This document shows positions 29,113 through 40,012 of a DNA stretch of 64,000 bases, in pieces (position 1 is the first letter of the stretch; each line of letters begins with the position of its first letter). This stretch comes from Salinispira sp. (GTDB lineage: Bacteria; Spirochaetota; Spirochaetia; DSM-27196; Salinispiraceae), in the NCBI GenBank assembly GCA_965602015.1, contig OZ271918.1, positions 1,248,001-1,312,000 on the forward strand, given 5' to 3'. The notes below the pieces were generated by a model. The model was given only the letters and a program-made list of their open reading frames with translations. It made no database searches and was not told the origin of the DNA. Both the position numbers and the translations under genes were made by a program.

Positions 29113-30144
29113 ATGGCGAAATCAAAAGAAGCAATGGCATCTGTATTAGCGTATGAGAAGAAAATAGTACCTTCGGATGCTCGCATGTATGGCACAATCT
29201 GGGAAGCAAGACATTCAGAAAGGAAGCCGTTGAATATTATTGAAAAATCAGTTCGTGGCACAATTTCGAACAGGTTAAGTGCAGCTCAGAAAAATGATCC
29301 ATCGAAAATAGATGCTGAAGTGGAGAAGGCAAATCTCCAAAAGGTTGACAGTTGTGGTCTATCGATGGAGCAGGATACTCTCTGCGTTGAATTTACATTG
29401 AAAATTCTAAGCGGTGTAGAACATCCATCAGCATGCAACAGTGTGCAATTTCTGGAAACATATCAGTTGGCTGCACAGGATTACATTCGCAGAGAGAAAT
29501 TTTCCGAGCTTGGAAAACGGTATGCAGTTAATATTGCAAACGGACGTTTCCTGTGGCGAAATCGCTTTGGGGCAGATTCAGTCGAAATCAAAGTGGAGCA
29601 CATTGGGAGCAATGAGCATGAAGAGTCGGTGATCTTCAATGCTTTCTCATATTCCGTAAAGAGTTTCGATACAGATGACACCGATGTACTAAAGCTGGGA
29701 AATGAAATCGCAGAGGTACTATCGGGAAAGGTGTCACACAAAATGTTTAAAATTTCTGCATATGCAAAGGTGGGTTTGGGGCAAGAGGTTTACCCAAGCG
29801 AAGAACTTGTTTTAGATAAAGGAAAGGGGAAAAAAGGGAAAGTACTATTTGATATCAACGGGGTTGCCGGAATGCACTCTCAAAAGATTGGTAACGCAGT
29901 ACGAACCATTGACACCTGGTATCCTGAGTATGCGGATTCAACCGTAGGGCCTATTGCGGTAGAACCTTACGGAGCAGTCACAACTCTGGGGAAAGCGTTT
30001 CGTACACCGAAAAACAAGTCAGATTTCTATACACTGTTTGACAGCTTTGCTAGAGGAGGAAAGCTATCAGGTATAGAGGAAGAGCATTATGTAATGGCGG
30101 TCCTGGTGCGAGGTGGTGTATTCGGGGAGAGCTCTAAGGAGTAA
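29113..30144 (+). CDS. csy3: Type I-F Csy3 (Cas7f)
   Basis: EKSVRGTISNR; NGRFLWRNR; MHSQKIGNAVRTIDTWY; VRGGVFG. Confidence 0.97.
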   Translation: MAKSKEAMASVLAYEKKIVPSDARMYGTIWEARHSERKPLNIIEKSVRGTISNRLSAAQKNDPSKIDAEVEKANLQKVDSCGLSMEQDTLCVEFTLKILSGVEHPSACNSVQFLETYQLAAQDYIRREKFSELGKRYAVNIANGRFLWRNRFGADSVEIKVEHIGSNEHEESVIFNAFSYSVKSFDTDDTDVLKLGNEIAEVLSGKVSHKMFKISAYAKVGLGQEVYPSEELVLDKGKGKKGKVLFDINGVAGMHSQKIGNAVRTIDTWYPEYADSTVGPIAVEPYGAVTTLGKAFRTPKNKSDFYTLFDSFARGGKLSGIEEEHYVMAVLVRGGVFGESSKE

Positions 30145-30147
30145 TAT

Positions 30148-30729
30148 ATGAATTTCTATGTAGAAATAACTTTACTTCCGGGAGCTGATATCGGATTGTA
30201 TCAATTGTGGAGCAAAGTATTCACCCAACTTCATTTGAGAATGGTGAATACAAAAGAATCTACTGGTACTGTTCCAATTGGAATAGACTGGCCAGAATAT
30301 GTGAAAGATGAACAATCACTGGGCACCAAGATACGCTTGTTTTCTATGACTCAAGAAGCTTTGAATAACCTGAATGTTCACTCAGCACTTTCGAGTTTCA
30401 GTGATTATGTGAAGATTAGTAGTATTCGTAATGTGCCCCAAAAAATTAGCACATATGTGTGGTATAAACGTATTCAAAAGAAACAAAACCCAGAAAGGAT
30501 TGCTAGAAGAAAAGCACGACGAAAAAACATTAGTTTTTCTGTTGCATTGAAACAGGTTCTTCTCAAAAATCCGCCCCAAATAAGCTGTCCCTACATTCAG
30601 CTAAAAAGTTTGAGCTCTAAACGAAAATATTCTCTGTTCCTGGAAAAACATTTCTCTGATTCGCCAACTGAAAGCTTTAAATTTAATTCATTTGGTATAA
30701 GCAGAATAAGTAGAGTGCCCTCATTTTAA
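30148..30729 (+). CDS. cas6f: Type I-F crRNA endoribonuclease Cas6f (Csy4)
   Basis: VFTQLH with the catalytic His position; Arg/Lys-rich helix; C-terminal FNSFGIS...VPSF. Confidence 0.92.
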   Translation: MNFYVEITLLPGADIGLYQLWSKVFTQLHLRMVNTKESTGTVPIGIDWPEYVKDEQSLGTKIRLFSMTQEALNNLNVHSALSSFSDYVKISSIRNVPQKISTYVWYKRIQKKQNPERIARRKARRKNISFSVALKQVLLKNPPQISCPYIQLKSLSSKRKYSLFLEKHFSDSPTESFKFNSFGISRISRVPSF

Positions 30730-30833
30730 AATGATCCACGATCTTTGACATCTTGAGAGAAGGAAAACATGGTAAAATTCACAATAATCACATAGACTCT
30801 TGCTGTTAAACGCTTTATTTAAGGGGAGTCACA
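30730..30833 (+). promoter_or_regulatory. CRISPR leader
   Basis: AT-rich non-coding 104 bp between cas6f and the first repeat. Confidence 0.75.
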
Positions 30834-31237
30834 GTTACCTGCCGCATAGGCAGCTTAGAAAAGTTACTCTGCTGCTTTAGAATGTTTTCCGGGGTTACCT
30901 GCCGCATAGGCAGCTTAGAAAAAAACCGCGTGTCACACATCGGGATGCATTGCGTTACCTGCCGCATAGGCAGCTTAGAAAGCGAGCGCAATGGGGTGTA
31001 CCGGGACAACTACGTTACCTGCCGCATAGGCAGCTTAGAAATTGAAGAGGCCGTTATGCGGATATATGACGACGTTACCTGCCGCATAGGCAGCTTAGAA
31101 AAAGACAGTTTGCCCATGAAAGTCAGAGGTGTTGTTACCTGCCGCATAGGCAGCTTAGAAAAGTCTGATCATTTTGTGTCACATAATCAGAAAGTTACCT
31201 GCCGCATAGGCAGCTTAGAAAAAAAGTAAGCGTCAAT

Positions 31238-32818
31238 TTAAGCCTGCACGATTGACTTCAGCTCCAGTAATTCGTCTTTGATGTTCCAGGGCAGCAGATC
31301 TTCCCAGTTCCCGGAATCCCCAATCTCTGGCGCTTTGGTGAAGACATGCACCAGATACCCATAGGGATTCAGTCCGTTCTGTCGGGCTGTCTCGATAAGC
31401 GAAAACATAAAACAGGAGCTTTCAGCGCCTCCCGGGCTTCCCGAGAACAGCCAGTTCTTTCGGCCGAGAACAAAAGGACGGATTGCATTCTCCGCGCCAT
31501 TGTTGTCCGGGGTCAGATGCGGACTCTCTACATATTTCATGACCTTATCCCATTGCGACAGGGCGTAGGTCACCGCCTGCCCGACAGCGCTTGATGGACG
31601 AACGCTTAGCGCTTTCTTTTCGAGCCAGGCTTTGAATCTCTCTGCTACCGGGGCAATGCGGGCTTTGCGCTTCTGGGCAAACTCATCATCACTCAGGTTT
31701 TGGCTACGCAGCTCTTTCTCAATGCGGTAGAACTCGGCGATCTTCGATATGGCCTCATGAGCGCTTCCGGCTTTCTTTGAGGATTTGCCCGCTTCAAAGA
31801 ATTTCCGGCGGACATGGGCCATACACCCCACGTGAATAATGTCAGGCCGGTCCTTCAATGTCGTTTCATACCCCACATAGCCATCGGTTTGCAGGTAGCC
31901 TGAAAAACCTGAGAGATAGGCTTTCGCATACTCCGATCCGCGGCTTCGGTGGTAGGCATAATCCACCACCGGTTTCCCAGGCGGACCTCCCCGGGCAAGC
32001 CACATATAGGACTTGCTGGTGTTGGATTTCTCCGGCTCGTTCATAACCTGAACGGTTGTTTCATCCATTTGAATGACTGGGCCGGATTCTAACTGCTGTT
32101 TGAGCAGATCCTTCAGCGGCTTCAATGCCTGATACGCCTTCTGCTGCCAATTGGACATGTCCTGCCGGCTGATCCTAGCCCCAACCCGCTCAAAGCGCTT
32201 TTCCTGGCGGTAGTACGGCAGGTGATCGACGAATTTATTCTGAATAATGAAGGCCAGAAGCTCCGGGGTCGCAATGCTCTTGGGGATGATGGACGGCGGA
32301 ACCGGCGCAATGCGGAACACCGGTTTGTCTTCATCCCCGGAACCCTCGCAGTTCCGGCAGGCGTACTTGGGCCTGATATGCCGTTCGACGAAAAACTGCT
32401 CGGGGATGGTTTTCAGTTTTTCGCTGACTTCTTCGTCAATTTTGGAAAGCTCGTGCCCGCAGGCGCAGCGTTTCTGGTCTTCTGAGATGTCGTGGATCAC
32501 ATCGACCCTGGGAAGGTCATCGGATAAAGGCTTTCGCCCCCGCTTCTTCCGCGTATGTGAGGTGACCGTGGTGAGAGAACTGTCGGTTTCCGGCTCATCG
32601 GGCGGTGTTGACTGAATCTCCCGTTCCTCAAAGAGCATGGCCTGCAGCAGCTCTTCAGCTGATTCACTGCTTCGGGCAAACTTCCGGAACCGGGCCAGCT
32701 TGAGCTGTTCCTGAAGGTCTTCGATTTCCAGTTCCTGCTCTGAAATTCTGGAACCGAGTGCGACTATGTGAGCCTGGACTTCCTCGGGTAACTGTTCAAT
32801 CTCCGCCGCACTCAGCAT
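31238..32818 (-). CDS. tnpC: IS66 DDE transposase TnpC
   Basis: Zinc-finger CACG/CRNC; HLPYYRQ; QMDET; QTDGY; CMAHVRRKF; DNNGAENAIRP. Confidence 0.96.
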   Translation of the reverse strand: MLSAAEIEQLPEEVQAHIVALGSRISEQELEIEDLQEQLKLARFRKFARSSESAEELLQAMLFEEREIQSTPPDEPETDSSLTTVTSHTRKKRGRKPLSDDLPRVDVIHDISEDQKRCACGHELSKIDEEVSEKLKTIPEQFFVERHIRPKYACRNCEGSGDEDKPVFRIAPVPPSIIPKSIATPELLAFIIQNKFVDHLPYYRQEKRFERVGARISRQDMSNWQQKAYQALKPLKDLLKQQLESGPVIQMDETTVQVMNEPEKSNTSKSYMWLARGGPPGKPVVDYAYHRSRGSEYAKAYLSGFSGYLQTDGYVGYETTLKDRPDIIHVGCMAHVRRKFFEAGKSSKKAGSAHEAISKIAEFYRIEKELRSQNLSDDEFAQKRKARIAPVAERFKAWLEKKALSVRPSSAVGQAVTYALSQWDKVMKYVESPHLTPDNNGAENAIRPFVLGRKNWLFSGSPGGAESSCFMFSLIETARQNGLNPYGYLVHVFTKAPEIGDSGNWEDLLPWNIKDELLELKSIVQA

Positions 32819-32860
32819 GGGTGAAATTCTAGCATAAAGGGATTAATCGATGGAAGAGGA

Positions 32861-33208
32861 TTAGTTGCATTCGGCATACTGAACTGCTTTGTGGGCGTGC
32901 CAAAAATCAATGCCATCGAGCAACATCTTGAGTTCGCCCACAGTGATCTGCCGGGCCTGCTCCTCGGTGTTCGGCCAGGGAAAGCGGTCCTTTTCCAGAC
33001 GCTTGAGCCATAGACAGAATCCGTTGCGGTCCCAGTACACGCATTTGATCAACCGACGGTCCCGGTTGCAGAACAGGAACAGGGAGCCTGACATCGCCGA
33101 CCGGTTCATCTGCTGTTCAACAATAACAGACAGACCATTCACCTGTTTGCGCATGTCCGTTACCCCCGGGCGGACATAGATTTCCAATCCGGTGAGATCC
33201 AGCATCAT
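32861..33208 (-). CDS. tnpB: IS66 accessory protein TnpB
   Basis: TDMRKQVNGL; FLFCNRDRRLIK; WDRNGFCLWLKRLE. Confidence 0.93.
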   Translation of the reverse strand: MMLDLTGLEIYVRPGVTDMRKQVNGLSVIVEQQMNRSAMSGSLFLFCNRDRRLIKCVYWDRNGFCLWLKRLEKDRFPWPNTEEQARQITVGELKMLLDGIDFWHAHKAVQYAECN

Positions 33209-33507
33209 ACAAAAGCCGCCAGTACTTCCCGCAGGCGGGCGGAGGAGATTCCATCTGCCAACAGAATGCGAAACCGCCGATCGATCTCGATGATGATTTC
33301 CGTCGAACAGTCTGAGGTGGCAGGTGGCGTGATTCGGACCAACTCGGGTAGCGCTGCTTGGGCGGCCGAAGCCTTTTTTAGCCGCTTCATCCAGTAATGC
33401 AGGGTTGAAAGCTTGATATCCCGGGCCCGACAGAACTCTTTCTGCGTCTGTCCGCTTTCCCGCCACTGGCTAATGACCTCTTGCCACTGTTCAATCTTCG
33501 CATCCAT
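33205..33507 (-). CDS. tnpA: IS66 accessory protein TnpA (HTH)
   Basis: WRESGQTQKEFC...STLHYW. Confidence 0.9.
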   Translation of the reverse strand: MDAKIEQWQEVISQWRESGQTQKEFCRARDIKLSTLHYWMKRLKKASAAQAALPELVRITPPATSDCSTEIIIEIDRRFRILLADGISSARLREVLAAFV

Positions 33508-36500
33508 AATTCCTCCAGGTGGAAGAATTATTTCATTTCAGGCTCAGGCTGTGCAGGGCCTGGTAAATTGACGCTTACGAAAAAAAGTAGCAGGATTAAA
33601 GCTGCCATTCTCAAGTTACCTGCCGCATAGGCAGCTTAGAAAATTTATGACATATCAGAGTTTGAACCGTTTATGTTACCTGCCGCATAGGCAGCTTAGA
33701 AAGCACCCCGTCGATAATCAATGCGTCATCTGTGGTTACCTGCCGCATAGGCAGCTTAGAAAAGAAGAACCCAGTTTACAAAGAACCGGATTACGTTACC
33801 TGCCGCATAGGCAGCTTAGAAATCGTCGAATGTGTGAGAGCTCGTCGGCGTGTCGTTACCTGCCGCATAGGCAGCTTAGAAAATGAAGTCGGCAAGGGAC
33901 TTCTCCCGAGCTTCGTTACCTGCCGCATAGGCAGCTTAGAAATGCGAAGCGCGGCCAGCGGAGCCCGGATTGAGGTTACCTGCCGCATAGGCAGCTTAGA
34001 AAAAGTGTAAACTCAGGCCCTTCCTTCTTCTCGAGTTACCTGCCGCATAGGCAGCTTAGAAAAATGATATTCCGAATAAATCCGTGATTCTTTCGTTACC
34101 TGCCGCATAGGCAGCTTAGAAATGACATAAATCCGTCAGATTGGAAATTCATCAGTTACCTGCCGCATAGGCAGCTTAGAAATCTTAGAAATCCGCGAAC
34201 GTCAAATTCGATACGTTACCTGCCGCATAGGCAGCTTAGAAAATATGTGTTATTGAGAAAGTTCGCCTCAACTTGTTACCTGCCGCATAGGCAGCTTAGA
34301 AAATTTGGACCGGTGAGAGTACATTACCGCCACCGTTACCTGCCGCATAGGCAGCTTAGAAATGGCTCGTCCGGAGCCAGGAGCCCACCTATCAGTTACC
34401 TGCCGCATAGGCAGCTTAGAAACGTCATATGTGACGAATGACACATCCGCGTAAGTTACCTGCCGCATAGGCAGCTTAGAAAAAATACAGAGCCGGTTCA
34501 TGTGCATTAAACGAGTTACCTGCCGCATAGGCAGCTTAGAAATGTGGGTTTTGATTTCCAGGTGCACTGTAATCGTTACCTGCCGCATAGGCAGCTTAGA
34601 AATTCTGGGTTCGAAGGTAGTAGCGATGAATAGCCGTTACCTGCCGCATAGGCAGCTTAGAAATTGTGGGCGTGGTACTCGTCAACGATTACGCAGTTAC
34701 CTGCCGCATAGGCAGCTTAGAAAGACATTCGGCGACAAGATGCAAATGAGTGGCAGTTACCTGCCGCATAGGCAGCTTAGAAAGAAATGCAAACACCACC
34801 GGACAGCGTCGGTTTGTTACCTGCCGCATAGGCAGCTTAGAAATCCGCTGAATTGACATGGTAGTCTCAAGATTCGTTACCTGCCGCATAGGCAGCTTAG
34901 AAAACCAGCGGCACGGCAGTAGGGCGGTTCTCCCTGTTACCTGCCGCATAGGCAGCTTAGAAAATCGACGCCATGACCGAGGGGGAAGAATGAACGTTAC
35001 CTGCCGCATAGGCAGCTTAGAAAATGAACCCGAAGGATAATCTTGCCAATATCTCGTTACCTGCCGCATAGGCAGCTTAGAAAGCTACATGGGCATGACT
35101 CTGGAGTAACTCTGGGTTACCTGCCGCATAGGCAGCTTAGAAAAGATTACGCTGAAAACAGCTTCAACCGGGGCGGTTACCTGCCGCATAGGCAGCTTAG
35201 AAATCATCGCGGACAGTATGCTTACTTTTCTCGATGTTACCTGCCGCATAGGCAGCTTAGAAAAAAGGGAATCCGAGGCAAAATCTTCATTGACTGTTAC
35301 CTGCCGCATAGGCAGCTTAGAAAATGTACGAGCGTAGTTCGCTCGATGTGTCCGCGTTACCTGCCGCATAGGCAGCTTAGAAACGACGAGATCGAATCCG
35401 GGGAAAATTACCAGTGTTACCTGCCGCATAGGCAGCTTAGAAATCGAGCGTCATATCAGCCCCTTATCAATATATGTTACCTGCCGCATAGGCAGCTTAG
35501 AAATCGGTCTTTTGCCAGTCTGTCACGGGCCTCATGTTACCTGCCGCATAGGCAGCTTAGAAACACAAGCGACAAGCCAAGGGAAGGTTTACTATGTTAC
35601 CTGCCGCATAGGCAGCTTAGAAAAGTAGGGGTTTACGCTATGCTTGTGCATATTCGTTACCTGCCGCATAGGCAGCTTAGAAATGTCAGGCTGTCATACA
35701 CATTGTGATCTATCTGTTACCTGCCGCATAGGCAGCTTAGAAACCTGATGCTGGAGGCTCTCATAAAGAATATATGTTACCTGCCGCATAGGCAGCTTAG
35801 AAAAAAGGGGGAAGTATATTTAATAAAATCTCTTTGTTACCTGCCGCATAGGCAGCTTAGAAACAGTATGGTCTCTTTTTATGCCAAGAATAGGGGTTAC
35901 CTGCCGCATAGGCAGCTTAGAAATTCATTCGAATGAAAGAGCATAAAGGGCTTTGGTTACCTGCCGCATAGGCAGCTTAGAAATAAAAGAATCATTCGTC
36001 GTGGCGGTTATGAAGGTTACCTGCCGCATAGGCAGCTTAGAAAACAAAAAGGAGAAATACATGGTGGGTAGCAACGTTACCTGCCGCATAGGCAGCTTAG
36101 AAATTGTCGGTGGACGGTCAAGCGATAGCGGTTCAGTTACCTGCCGCATAGGCAGCTTAGAAACGATGGTGCTTAAAGACAGTGCTGCAATGATAGTTAC
36201 CTGCCGCATAGGCAGCTTAGAAATATTCATGGCATGGTGGGTTAGCATTATCGCCGTTACCTGCCGCATAGGCAGCTTAGAAATTACTCCAGAGTGGATT
36301 GGCCCAACAGCAGATGTTACCTGCCGCATAGGCAGCTTAGAAATGTACGTCCATGTCCCGGATCGTTTTCCCGGTGTTACCTGCCGCATAGGCAGCTTAG
36401 AAAGCCGAGAGGCTGAGGCGTATGTACAGGAGACCGTTACCTGCCGTATAGGCAGCTTAGAAATACTCCAGGCGAGGTAATCCACGTTGAGACGAGTTAC

Positions 36501-38379
36501 CTGCCGCATAGGCAGCTTAGAAAATGATTTCCCGCTGGGCCTGCTTCAAAAGAAAGTTACCTGCCGCATAGGCAGCTTAGAAAGTAAATAGATAGGTTCG
36601 AGAGGTCCGCTTGAGGTTACCTGCCGCATAGGCAGCTTAGAAAAAAGCACTGCTACTATCATCGCCTACCATTTCGTTACCTGCCGCATAGGCAGCTTAG
36701 AAAAAACAGCTTTTTGAAATCATCGCTCATAGTGTGTTACCTGCCGCATAGGCAGCTTAGAAATGCAGCCGGTTTTGCCTTGTCGCCAATTTCTGGTTAC
36801 CTGCCGCATAGGCAGCTTAGAAATTGATTTGACCGGCAGACTGTCGACGGTTATCGTTACCTGCCGCATAGGCAGCTTAGAAAGCTGCGCCAAGAAATAT
36901 CGATTCGTCTATTTCGTTACCTGCCGCATAGGCAGCTTAGAAACACCCGGCATACCCCGGCCAAAATGGTTGCGGGTTACCTGCCGCATAGGCAGCTTAG
37001 AAAAGCTCGAGTATGAAGAGGGCGGTAGGATCATTGTTACCTGCCGCATAGGCAGCTTAGATATTTTACAAAAGAGGAAATCGATACCACCACTTGTTAC
37101 CTGCCGCATAGGCAGCTTAGAAATCATAGTAAAAGGTCGCGGAATGGAAATAAAAGTTACCTGCCGCATAGGCAGCTTAGAAAACAGTCGAAACCGAGAA
37201 AGGTGCGACAGCTTCGTTACCTGCCGCATAGGCAGTTTAGAAATTAATGATGTGATCGGCGGCGTTGTAAACGTAGTTACCTGCCGCATAGGCAGCTTAG
37301 AAAGCTGAGACTACCCTCGCGTTCAGCGCCGTAACGTTACCTGCCGCATAGGCAGCTTAGAAATAATATTGTAGGGGCAATTGATAACCGTGAGGGTTAC
37401 CTGCCGCATAGGCAGCTTAGAAATAAACCAACATGTCAATGAATCATCAATAAGTGTTACCTGCCGCATAGGCAGCTTAGAAATGGGCTTGTTCGTCATG
37501 TGCCATAGTTTACTCGTTACCTGCCGCATAGGCAGCTTAGAAAATTGCCGGGATTTGTCGATCCTGTGTGTACCCGTTACCTGCCGTAACCGTCAATTTA
37601 CGCCTGCACGATTGACTTCAGCTCCAGTAATTCGTCTTTGATGTTCCATGGCAGCAGATCTTCCCAATTCCCCGAATCACTAATCTCTGGTGCCTTGGTG
37701 AAGACATGCACCAGATACCCGTAGGGATTAATTCCGTTCTGCCGGACCGTCTCGATAAGCGAGAACATAAAACAGGAGCTTTCAGCGCCTTCCGGGCTTC
37801 CTGAGAATAGCCAGTTCTTGCGCCCCAAAACAAAAGGACGGATTGCATTCTCCGCGCCATTGTTGTCCGGGGTCAGATGCGGGCTCTCTACATATTTCAT
37901 GACCTTATCCCATTGCGACAGGGCGTAGGTCACCGCCTGTCCGACAGCGCTTGATGGACGAACGCTTAGCGCTTTCTTTTCGAGCCAGGCTTTGAATCTC
38001 TCTGCTACCGGGGCAATGCGGACTTTGCGCTTGTGGGTAAACTCTTCATCGCTCAGGTTTTGGCACCGAGCTCTTTCTCAATTCGGTAGAACTCGGCGAT
38101 CTTCGATATGGCCTCATGAGCGCTGCCGGCTTTCTTTGATGACTTACCCGCTTCAAAGAACTTCCGGCGGACATGGGCCATTTTTCGCGATTCCTTCGGA
38201 TTCGCGATTAGCACCCCACGTGAATGATGTCAGAGCGGCCCTTCAATGCCGTTTCATAGCCCACATAGCCATCGGTTTGCAGGTAGCCTGAAAACCCCGA
38301 GAGGTACCCTTTCGCATACTCAGATCCGCGGCTTCGATGGTAGGCATAATCCACCACTGGTTTCTCAGGCAGCCCGCCC

Positions 38380-38419
38380 TGGCTGCATTGGCGAGCAGGT
38401 TCCGAAGGAACCGACCAGC
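38380..38419. mobile_element. 40-bp structured mini-insertion with possible CC duplication
   Basis: Absent from the aligned position of IS66 copy 1; TGGCTGC-N8-GCAG-GTTCCGAAGGAAC-CGACCAGC. Confidence 0.7.
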
Positions 38420-38496
38420 CCCGGGCAAGCCACATATAGGACTTGCTGGTGTTGGATTTCTCCGGCTCATTCATAACCTGAACGGTTGTTTCATCC

Positions 38497-38538
38497 TGGC
38501 TGCCTGGCCGGGCAGTAATCCGAAGGATTACGACCAGG
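38497..38538. mobile_element. 42-bp structured mini-insertion with possible CC duplication
   Basis: Absent from IS66 copy 1; TGGCTGC-N8-GCAG-TAATCCGAAGGATTA-CGACCAGG. Confidence 0.7.
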
Positions 38539-40012
38539 CCATTTGGATCACCGGACCGGATAGCAGCTGCTGTTTCAGCACATCCTTCAGCGGCTTTACT
38601 GCCTGATACGCCTTCTGCTGCCAATTGGACATGTCCTGCCGGCTGATCCTGGCCCCGACCCGCTCAAAGCGTTTTTCCTGGCGGTAGTACGGCAGGTGAT
38701 CGACGAATTTATTCTGAATTATGAAGGCCAGAAGTTCCGGGGTCACAATGCTCTTGGGGATGATGGACGGCGGAACCGGCGCAATGCGGAACACCGGTTT
38801 GTCTTCATCCCCCGATCCTTCGCAGTCTCGACAGGTGTACATACTTGGGCCTGATATGCCGTTCGACGAAAAACTGCTCGGGGATGGGTTTCAGTTTTTC
38901 ACTGACCTCTTCGTCAATTTTAGGAAGCTCGTGCCCGCATGCACAGCGCTTCTGTTCTTCTGAGATGTCGTGGAGCACATCGACCCTGGGAAGGTCATCG
39001 GATAAAGGCTTTCGCCACCGCTTCTTCCGCGTATGAGAGGCGACCGTCGTGAGGGAACCGTCGGTTTCTGGTCCATCGGGCAGTGCTGACTGAATCTCCG
39101 GTTCTTCGGGCAAACTTCCGGAACCGGGCCAGCCCCAGCTGTTCCTGGAGGTCTTCGATTTCCAGTTCCTGCTCTGAAATTCTGGAACCGAGTGCGACTA
39201 TGTGAGCCTGGACTTCCTCGGGTAACTGTTCAATCTCCGCCGCACTCAGCATGGGTGAAATTCTAGCATAAAGACATTAATCGATCCAAGGGTCTTCAGT
39301 TGCATTCGACGTATGATAGCGAACGGTGCGCATGCCAGAAATCGATTCCGTCCAGGAGCATCCCCAGTTCGCCCACAGTGATCTGCCGGGCCTGCTCCTC
39401 GGTGTTCGGCCAGGGAAAGCGGTCCTTTTCCAGAGGCTTGAGCCACAGGCAAAATCCATTGCGATCCCAATACACACATTTGATTAACCGCCGATCTCTG
39501 TTGCAGAACAGGAACAGGGAGCCGGACATCGCCGACCGGTTCATCTGCTGTTCAACAATAACAGACAGACCATTCACCTGTTTGCGCATGTCCGTTACCC
39601 CCGGGCGGACATAAATTTCCAGACCGGTGAGATCCAGCATCATGCAAAAGCCGCCAGAACTTCCCGCAGGCGGGCGGAGGAGATTCCATCCGGCACTGAA
39701 ATGCGAAACCGCCGGTCTATCTCGATGATGATTTCCGTCGAAGTGCCTGATGTGGCAGGTGGCGTGATTCGGACCAACTCGGGCAGCCTGCATCACCGCC
39801 CGATGCCTTTTTTAGCCGCTTCATCCAGTAATGCAGAGTTGAAAGCTTGATATCCCGGGTCCGACAAAACTCTTTCTGCGTCTGTCCGCTTTCCCGCCAG
39901 TGGCTAATGATCTCTTGCCACTGCTCGATCTTCGCATCCATAATTCCTACTGGTGGAAGAATTATTTAATCTCAAGCTTAGGCTGTGCAGGACCTGGTAA
40001 ATTGACGCTTAC

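Larger units (their letters stand above)
31226..33578 (-). mobile_element. IS66 family element, apparently intact (2353 bp)
   Basis: 15-bp perfect TIR GTAAGCGTCAATTTA; 8-bp TSD GAAAAAAA (31218-31225 and 33579-33586); tnpA-tnpB-tnpC. Confidence 0.97.
30834..37585 (+). CRISPR. Type I-F CRISPR array: repeat GTTACCTGCCGCATAGGCAGCTTAGAAA (28 bp), 74 repeats (73 complete, last truncated), 73 spacers, interrupted by IS66
   Basis: 7 repeats at 30834-31221 and 67 at 33615-37585; spacers 32 bp except one of 33 bp (34603-34635); single-base repeat variants at 36436, 37036, 37216; CTGCC/GGCAG Csy4-type hairpin. Confidence 0.99.
37586..40012 (-). mobile_element. Second IS66 element, decayed (tnpA and tnpC disrupted, tnpB 39296-39643 open), no TSD
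   Basis: TIRs GTAACCGTCAATTTA and TAAATTGACGCTTAC; colinear with copy 1 but carrying indels and three short insertions; flanks TACCTGCC and GATACTTT do not match. Confidence 0.95.

Noticed and set aside
32861..33208. IS66 tnpB as an RNA-guided TnpB nuclease
   Set aside because: Name coincidence; IS66 TnpB is a small accessory protein unrelated to IS200/IS605 TnpB
34183..34214. Spacer starting TCTTAGAAA (like the repeat end) and containing AATCCGCGAA (like the inverted-repeat element)
   Set aside because: Matches are only 8-10 bp and expected by chance; no full protospacer seen
33647..37641. Many ORFs with repeating VTCRIGSLE / YLPHRQLR / SKLPMRQVT
   Set aside because: Translations of the 60-bp-period CRISPR array, not genes
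22608..40012. CRISPR-associated transposon (type I-F3 CAST)
   Set aside because: cas1 and cas2-3 are present, csy1 and csy2 are unfused, and no tnsABC/tniQ is seen; the transposases are ordinary IS66
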